From the NCBI RefSeq assembly GCF_001194135.2, contig NC_068987.1, forward strand, positions 29,122,407 to 29,166,609: a stretch of 44,203 nucleotides of DNA. Direction: 5' to 3'. The number at the start of each line of letters is the position of its first letter. Position 1 is the first letter of the stretch. This DNA is from Octopus bimaculoides (lineage: Eukaryota). A program made the translations under genes and the position numbers. This document shows, in pieces, positions 37,328 through 44,203 of the stretch. The notes beneath the pieces were generated by a model. The model worked only from the letters and a program-made list of their open reading frames with translations. It made no database searches and had not been told where the DNA came from.

Positions 37328-37645
37328 CACTTCGGTCATGACTGACCATGGGATTGAAACTAAATACTTACCAACCGCGGCACAAGCCCGGGTAAAGTTG
37401 TTTAAAGAAGACAAGCAGTGGCCCTTGCATAACAGCCTCCCCTCTCCACGCCACCGAGGGAATGGCAAAGGCCGATACAGCTTGGCACCAGTGAGGTCGC
37501 AACTCATTTCAACGGCTGAGTGAACTGGAGCAACTTGAAATAAAGTATCTTTCTCAAGAACACAACGCGCAGCCGTCCGGGAATCGAACTCTCGACGTCA
37601 TGATCGTAAGCTCGACGCTCGAACCACGAAGCCATGCGCCATCAC
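37328..37645 (-). mobile_element. tRNA-derived SINE family C
   Basis: Minus strand GGCGCA-TGGCTTCGTGG (A box), GAGTTCGATTCCC (B box), then TTCTTGAG.AAGA.ACTTTATTTCA.GTTGCTCCAGTTCACTCAGC; 3' end runs into a gap. Confidence 0.9.
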
Positions 37646-37670
37646 ACATGCATTTACAATATCAATATCA

Positions 37671-37730
<60 letters not shown>

Positions 37731-38416
37731 TTCTTGGCAGCTATTTGGAAACGCACACACACGCACATGCATATAAAAAGCCCTGTCGATCACAAGTTTA
37801 TGGGAAAATATCTATGTATATATGCATATACACATACGTGCATATATGTATGCATACGTATATATATATANNNNNNNNNNNNNNNNNNNNNNNNNNNNNN
37901 NNNNNNNNNNNNNNNNNNNNNNNNNNNNNNNNNNNNNNNNNNNNNNNNNNNNNNNNNNNNNNNNNNNNNNNNNNNNNNNNNNNNNNNNNNNNNNNNNNNN
38001 NNNNNNNNNNNNNNNNNNNNNNNNNNNNNNNNNNNNNNNNNNNNNNNNNNNNNNNNNNNNNNNNNNNNNNNNNNNNNNNNNNNNNNNNNNNNNNNNNNNN
38101 NNNNNNNNNNNNNNNNNNNNNNNNNNNNNNNNNNNNNNNNNNNNNNNNNNNNNNNNNNNNNNNNNNNNNNNNNNNNNNNNNNNNNNNNNNNNNNNNNNNN
38201 NNNNNNNATATGTTACATATACATATGTATACACACATCACAAACACACATATATGCGTTTACAATATATATATACTTTTTTTTTTATTTATGTAAGGGT
38301 ATTCATATACATGAATGCCTCACGCTATGAGGGACTCTAAGGTCAAACTACCATAATAAACACATTTTTACCGAACGCGAGAAAATGCTACTCTCAAAGC
38401 TGACCTCTTAAAAACA

Positions 38417-38490
38417 GACTAAACTATATATCGACGGTTTCGCAGTTATTACAGGAATATCTAACCTCTGCTCATCAGTATAGTATGGTC
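38417..38490 (-). ncRNA. Type I hammerhead ribozyme, near-intact
   Basis: Minus strand: GACCATACTATA-[CTGATGA]-GCAG-(22 nt)-CTGC-[GAAA]-CC-GTC-GA-[TA]-TATAGTTTAGTC. Canonical core, 4-bp stem II, stem I of 12 bp with 10 Watson-Crick pairs, one C-A mismatch in stem III. Confidence 0.7.
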
Positions 38491-38908
38491 AAAATACATA
38501 AAAATAAACAAAATTCAACATGCCAAACGAACACCTCATGTATAAACCATAGTACATAGAAGATTGTTTATCCCTATTCATCAATGTAAAACGCGGGCTT
38601 TTTTTAATAGCATCTCGGTACATGTGTCTTTGTTTCCTGAATGAAATTCAGCACTGAATATATTCCGGTTATATATTTAATTAATTCAATAATAGGATAA
38701 AATCTTTTACAAGAATTTATCAAGTAGCTAGCGTGAAAAAACCTCATAAGGGAAAATCATTTATTCCCCCAAATATATTTATTTATATAAGGGCATTACT
38801 ATAATATTATAGTAATATTATAGTTAAAGACTTTTTCAATTCCTGGGCGTTATACTAATACATCTGTTTGTTTTCTACACCACCTGTCTTCGTCTTTTTG
38901 TGAATTCT

Positions 38909-38944
<36 letters not shown>

Positions 38945-39490
38945 NNNNNNNNNNNNNNNNNNNNNNNNNNNNNNNNNNNNNNNNNNNNNNNNNNNNNNNN
39001 NNNNNNNNNNNNNNNNNNNNNNNNNNNNNNNNNNNNNNNNNNNNNNNNNNNNNNNNNNNNNNNNNNNNNNNNNNNNNNNNNNNNNNNNNNNNNNNNNNNN
39101 NNNNNNNNNNNNNNNNNNNNNNNNNNNNNNNNNNNNNNNNNNNNNNNNNNNNNNNNNNNNNNNNNNNNNNNNNNNNNNNNNNNNNNNNNNNNNNNNNNNN
39201 NNNNNNNNNNNNNNNNNNNNNNNNNNNNNNNNNNNNNNNNNNNNNNNNNNNNNNNNNNNNNNNNNNNNNNNNNNNNNNNNNNNNNNNNNNNNNNNNNNNN
39301 NNNNNNNNNNNNNNNNNNNNNNNNNNNNNNNNNNNNNNNNNNNNNNNNNNNNNNNNNNNNNNNNNNNNNNNNNNNNNNNNNNNNNNNNNNNNNNNNNNNN
39401 NNNNNNNNNNNNNNNNNNNNNNNNNNNNNNNNNNNNNNNNNNNNNNNNNNNNNNNNNNNNNNNNNNNNTATATATATATATATATATATA

Positions 39491-39669
39491 CTGATTTCAA
39501 GTTTTGGGTTCAGTCGTGCACATCGACTCCAGTGTTCAACTGGTACGTGTTTTATCGACCCCGGAAAGGACGAAAGGAAAACATGTCCGCGGCGGAATTT
39601 GAACTCAGAACGTAAAGACAGACTAAATGCCGCTTAGTGTTCTAACGATTCTACAAGCTCGCCGCCTTT
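39491..39669 (-). mobile_element. SINE family A
   Basis: TTTTATCGACCCCGGAAAGG..GGCGGAATTTGAACTCAGAACGTAAAGACAGAC..AACGATTCT..AGCTCGCCGCCTT; reverse complement of 2466-2674 with an internal deletion. Confidence 0.85.
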
Positions 39670-40099
39670 ATACACTCACGCATGTACATTGATGGAATGG
39701 TAGCTTTATGAACACCAACTGTGTTCCCTCGGACAAATTAGTTTAATTCAGTGATACCTACAATTGGTGTTGATATTAAATAAATGTTTATGTGTACTGC
39801 TCTATACATTTGAAGATTCATTTAACTGAGATACTTCTTTTAGTGTTTAAATTTTCTGCAAAGCCGGATGTTGATTAAATGTCGAAAATTTCATTTGCTA
39901 ATATCATTGTACTGCACTGATGCAACGCGTGTTAAGAATAATAGTGAATTCTGCTTTTGTTACTGCAACTATTGATGCTATTACTACCACTGTTGATGCT
40001 ACAACTGCTGTTGTTACTCCTACTGCAACTAAAACTAATAAAATTAATTAGAATGATTTCAAATTTTGTAATTTCTGTAGTTTTTGTGAAAGTGATTCA

Positions 40100-40800
40100 G
40101 CCGATTAGATCGAAATCAGTGCCTAACTTGTACTTATTTTATCGACCGCGAAAGGAAGAGCGGCAAAGTGGACCTTGGCAGCTTTTTAACAAAGTTTAGA
40201 AATACCACCATGCACTTTCTCCGGCGGGGTAATGCGTCTGGAAGGTCCTTGCTTTAATTACAATAATCCTTTCTACCATTGGCACAAGGCCGGAAATTTT
40301 GGGGGTTGGCACCAGTCAATTACATCGACCTCAGTGTTTCACTGGTACTTAATTTATCGACTTCGAAAGGATGAAAAACGAAGTCCTCCCCGGTGGCATT
40401 TGAAATCAGAACGTGAGGACAGACAAAATAACACTAAACATTTCGCCTAGCGTGCTAACGATTCTGCCAGCTCGCCGCCTCACTTGAACCATAATAATAA
40501 TTGTTTCAAATTTTGGCACAATTCAGCACGTTCGGAGAAGTGGGTAACCCGGAGCTCAATGGATACTTATTTTGTCGACTCCCATGGTAGATGGCAAAGT
40601 TGAACTTGGCAGCATTGGAACTCAGAAAGGGAAGCCAGAACTGCCACCAAACGTTCTCTCAGATGTTGACGATTCTGCCTGCTCACCACCCTCAAAAATA
40701 ATAATTTTGACTTTGTTGGAATTTGAACACGGATAATTTGAACAGAGAGCCGCTATGCATTTCGTCTGGCGTGCTAACGATTCTGCCACGATTCTACCTT
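40100..40800 (-). mobile_element. Head-to-tail cluster of four SINE family A copies or fragments
   Basis: Approximately 40100-40182, 40262-40480, 40492-40693 and 40695-40795; the last three are each preceded on the plus strand by AATAAT. Confidence 0.8.
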
Positions 40801-41614
40801 CGTAATGATATTAATATGAACAACTACAAGAACTACAAATACAACAAAACTACAACAACAATGAGGACGAAAACAACAACAACGACAACGATTGCAGGTC
40901 TTCTTATCAGTAATTTCCTCTTCTCTCGGGCTTATATATATGCACTTCATTTCATTCTTCAATGTCACTTACTCCTTACTGTCCACTTCATCATCTCAAG
41001 GAGTTTCCTCCAGTAGAACTATTTTATGTTTATATGTATTTGTTTGCGAATGCACTGGGGTATGTATGTGTATGTATGTATGTCTATATATATATATATA
41101 TACCCTCCCTGTCTCTTTCTGCCTCTCTCTCTATATATTCTTATATNNNNNNNNNNATATATATATATATACATACAGAAAGTGAGTGAGAATGAGCGAG
41201 TGAATGAGGTAGTGAGAGAGGGAGAGAGCAAGTGATTCACACAGAATTTTGTCGACAATGTGACTTTCTCTCCTTCCCATTATTCCATCAGGGTCTCTGC
41301 GAAGCTTTAAAAGGATTCAATTTCCTTTTCAGGCTTTAGTCCTCTGTCAGATTCTGTCCATTTAACTACTTCCGGGGAGGGAGGAAGAAGTCTTTCTCTG
41401 CTACTTGCAGTCATCACTACAGCTAATAACTGCTATTGTTGGTAGTTTTGTTATTGTCGATATTGATGTTGTTAAAACTCACTGTCTTTGTGATACAAGT
41501 GTTTAGCGAAGGCATAGAAAGAGATAGGTACAAATAAGAATTGTCTAGTATTCTCTTGTTTTCACCTGCAATCACATCCGTCCGCTTACTACTTCAGCAT
41601 GCCTCTATTCAGAC

Positions 41615-42245
41615 TAACACACTCTCTCCCTCTCTCGCCTTTCCTTCGTCCATCACTCCCTCTTCCTCTCCCTCTCTCTCTCCCTCCCTCTTCCTCTCCC
41701 TCTCTCTCTCCCTCCCTCTTCCTCTCCTTCCTCTCTCTTCCTCCTTCTCTATCTTTCTCCGTCGCTCTCCCTCTCCCACCTTCTACCCTTCTCTTTTTTC
41801 TTCCTTGTCTTCCTCTCTTACTTCATTCTTCTCTCCCTCACTCTCCCTTTTTCTCCTTTTCTCCCTCTCTCACTTTTCCCTCCCCTTCCCTGTTTTCCGC
41901 TTTCCCTCTCTTCCTCTCCTCTACACTTCCTCTCTCACATTTACCCTTCTTTCCCTCTCTCCTTCTCTCCCTCATCCTCCACCACTGTCTCCCTCCTTCT
42001 TTCCTTCCCTCTTTTCCTCCCTCTCTTTCTTTCCCTCCCACTTTCCCTCTCCCACCTCCTCTCCCTCCTTCTCTCCATCTCTCTTTCCCTCTCTCATTTC
42101 CTTCTCTCCCGCTTCTTCTCTCCCTCTCACTCTTTATGTCCTTTCTACTCTCACGCTTCCCTTCTCTCCCTCCTCCTCTACCTCTATCTCCTTATTCCTC
42201 TCGCTCTCTCTTTCTCTCTCTTTGCCACACCCTTGCACTCTCTAA
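41615..42245. repeat. About 630-bp polypyrimidine/polypurine low-complexity tract
   Basis: Almost entirely C/T on plus; source of the S/L/P/F-rich ORFs at 41541-42267. Confidence 0.95.
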
Positions 42246-43082
42246 CATACGCCTCCACTCATTTTAACTTCCCTTGCTAAGACGATCCAAAATGCTACCT
42301 CCATGACATTATCAGTTTCTCAACTCTTCTTAGAATCTCTTCATCATTTTATCTTCTCGATATATTTGAGTTTCTATCTGATAATACCCCGAAATCACAG
42401 GCAGTGATTGTATTTGTAATAAGATTGACATTCTATTTCCCTAAACCCAGACTTCTCTACAACAATAAACCACACTTGGTATTGTTCCAATCCAGTTTTG
42501 GCACTGAAGTATTCTTGTAAGATAGATATGTTTCTTCAAGGAAACAATTTGTTTTGTTAGCGCTTGTTTATTATAATATCTCATAGTTCCTCCAGCGTTA
42601 TTGCTGTTCATACAAAGAAGAGATATATTGAAATTGGAATGTCTCTGTTATCAACTAAAACATCAGTCATAACTTTTCATATTTTCTAATATCTGTACAA
42701 ATGTGACAAAAAGGGAAATATTGCATCTGTGTTTTTCTTCCTGCCACTCTATCTCTCTCTTTCTCATTCTTTCTTTCTCTTTCTCTTCCTATCTGTCTTA
42801 CTTTCCATTTCTTTTTGCTATTTTACTTCATCTTCCCGAATAAGCTCATTTTTAATATAATTCCTTATCCCACTTATATCTGCTACTTACTTTGACAAAT
42901 TTATCGCGACATCAATTAAAATATTTTACTTTGTGGAAATAAAAGTTTGTGAAGATTCGAATTTTGTTTCCTTAAAATGTATATAAATTTATGTGCATGT
43001 GTGTGTATATAATATATATACATATACACACAAATATATATGCATGTATATATACATATACATATGCAACATATGAATATAT

Positions 43083-43147
<65 letters not shown>

Positions 43148-43149
<2 letters not shown>

Positions 43150-43360
43150 GTCAATCTAAACATGAACAAGCAAGAAAAAACACGAAAAAACAACAACGCG
43201 AGGACGTGGAATAGGTACAGTGTTATTGGCCGTTCAGGAAAGGAAAGAAAAGAAAGAGGATTTCAGATTTCCATTGGAGCTCTTCATCAGAAATATAGAA
43301 AAAGCCCAAAGAAGGGAAGACGGAGAAAGAAAATCTCCAACGAAACATACGCGGTCACAT
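43148..43360 (-). mobile_element. Probable Penelope-like terminal-repeat fragment with a decayed hammerhead
   Basis: Minus strand 43294-43260: ATTT-[CTGATGA]-AGAGCTCCAATG-[GAAA]-T-CTG-AAAT. The surrounding AAAAACAACAACGCGAGGACGTGGAA matches a recurrent octopus repeat as I recall it (not searched). Confidence 0.55.
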
Positions 43361-44203
43361 ATTTAAACGTGTATGCATACACATATATAAACAAGGCGAT
43401 GTTTTAGCAACAATTTTCAGGATTAAAATCTGTAAGAAATACCGAATTGAACGCCACTGTAGAGTACACAAAGATCCCTCCTCCCCGTCAAGAGTTACAT
43501 TAACAACTTAGTCTTCAAGGGCCGCAAATTTTCAACACTCTGCCAGTCATCGTCAGACATTCGAGTCACAGATGTCGACGAGCTTAAATAATACATTTAA
43601 GTATGTTAATCGGAGGTACAAGACGAACCCAATTTCCTGCAGTAAGTACAAATCAGAGAAGCTCCATCCAAACTCGTGAAATAAAAAGCAATCCTACGAA
43701 TGGTCAAAGGCCCTAATACGATATACAAATATATATACAAGTGAATATATACTTATAGGCACATGTTAATATATATATATATATGTAATCAAAATAAGCA
43801 ACAGGATATCAAGAAGTGATGCAGTATGACCGTTTCAAGCCGCTCAGGTATGTATGTATGTAGTATGTATGCATGTAGGTATCGATCAAAACAGTTCCAT
43901 TTGGATTCCGTGCTACTTAAGATTTCTAAGCCCCTAACGAGACTTTTTGACAGGCCAGTGGCAAGTTGAATTGCGACCGGCCTAAAGAGAAATCTCGGAA
44001 TTAAACTGTTTTGATCCATGCATGTAAATCCCAATAAGTGTGTTGAGTGCCCTTACTTGCGTTTGTCCATTCGCTCGTACGCACACATGCACACATACAC
44101 AGACACACACAGACACACAGACTCTCACAAAGACACACACAAACACAGAGACACACACACACACATACACACACATACACACACACATACATATATATAT
44201 ATA

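Noticed and set aside
2466-37645. tRNA-like A and B boxes
   Set aside because: All are SINE heads without complete cloverleaves; not called tRNA genes.
16972-39637. Long ORFs containing X runs (16972-17332, 21502-21965, 37634-38340, 38850-39637)
   Set aside because: They read through N gaps and (TA)n/(TG)n repeats; not evidence of coding.
39955-40060. Thr/Ala-rich mucin-like frame
   Set aside because: Degenerate trinucleotide low-complexity sequence without splice support.
41541-42267. 234-aa and 222-aa S/L/P/F-rich ORFs
   Set aside because: Stop-free simply because the tract lacks purines.
1-44203. CRISPR arrays or prokaryotic-style systems
   Set aside because: No regularly spaced repeat-spacer array, operon structure or coding density; the DNA is eukaryotic repeat-rich sequence.

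Overview
AT-rich, microsatellite-dense animal DNA from a gapped short-read scaffold (8 N-runs, most abutting (TA)n or (TG)n). The recurring SINE sequences match my recollection of Octopus repeats, so this is most likely an octopus genome (inference; no search run). I find no intact protein-coding gene, rRNA, true tRNA or CRISPR array; the window reads as intron or intergenic DNA. Almost every supplied ORF is microsatellite, N-gap or SINE read-through. What is supported: four tRNA-derived SINE families (my labels A-D, about 15 copies or fragments); a decayed RTE LINE (endonuclease on minus, an RT fragment apparently on plus); a decayed R4/Dong-type LINE (RT end, zinc knuckle, restriction-like endonuclease) with a nested SINE; a near full-length Tc1 fossil with both TIRs; mariner and hAT fossils; and four type I hammerhead-ribozyme-like motifs of the kind known from Penelope-like elements. 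The best lead is the near-intact hammerhead at 38417-38490 (minus). I see no convincing evidence of a new multi-gene system.
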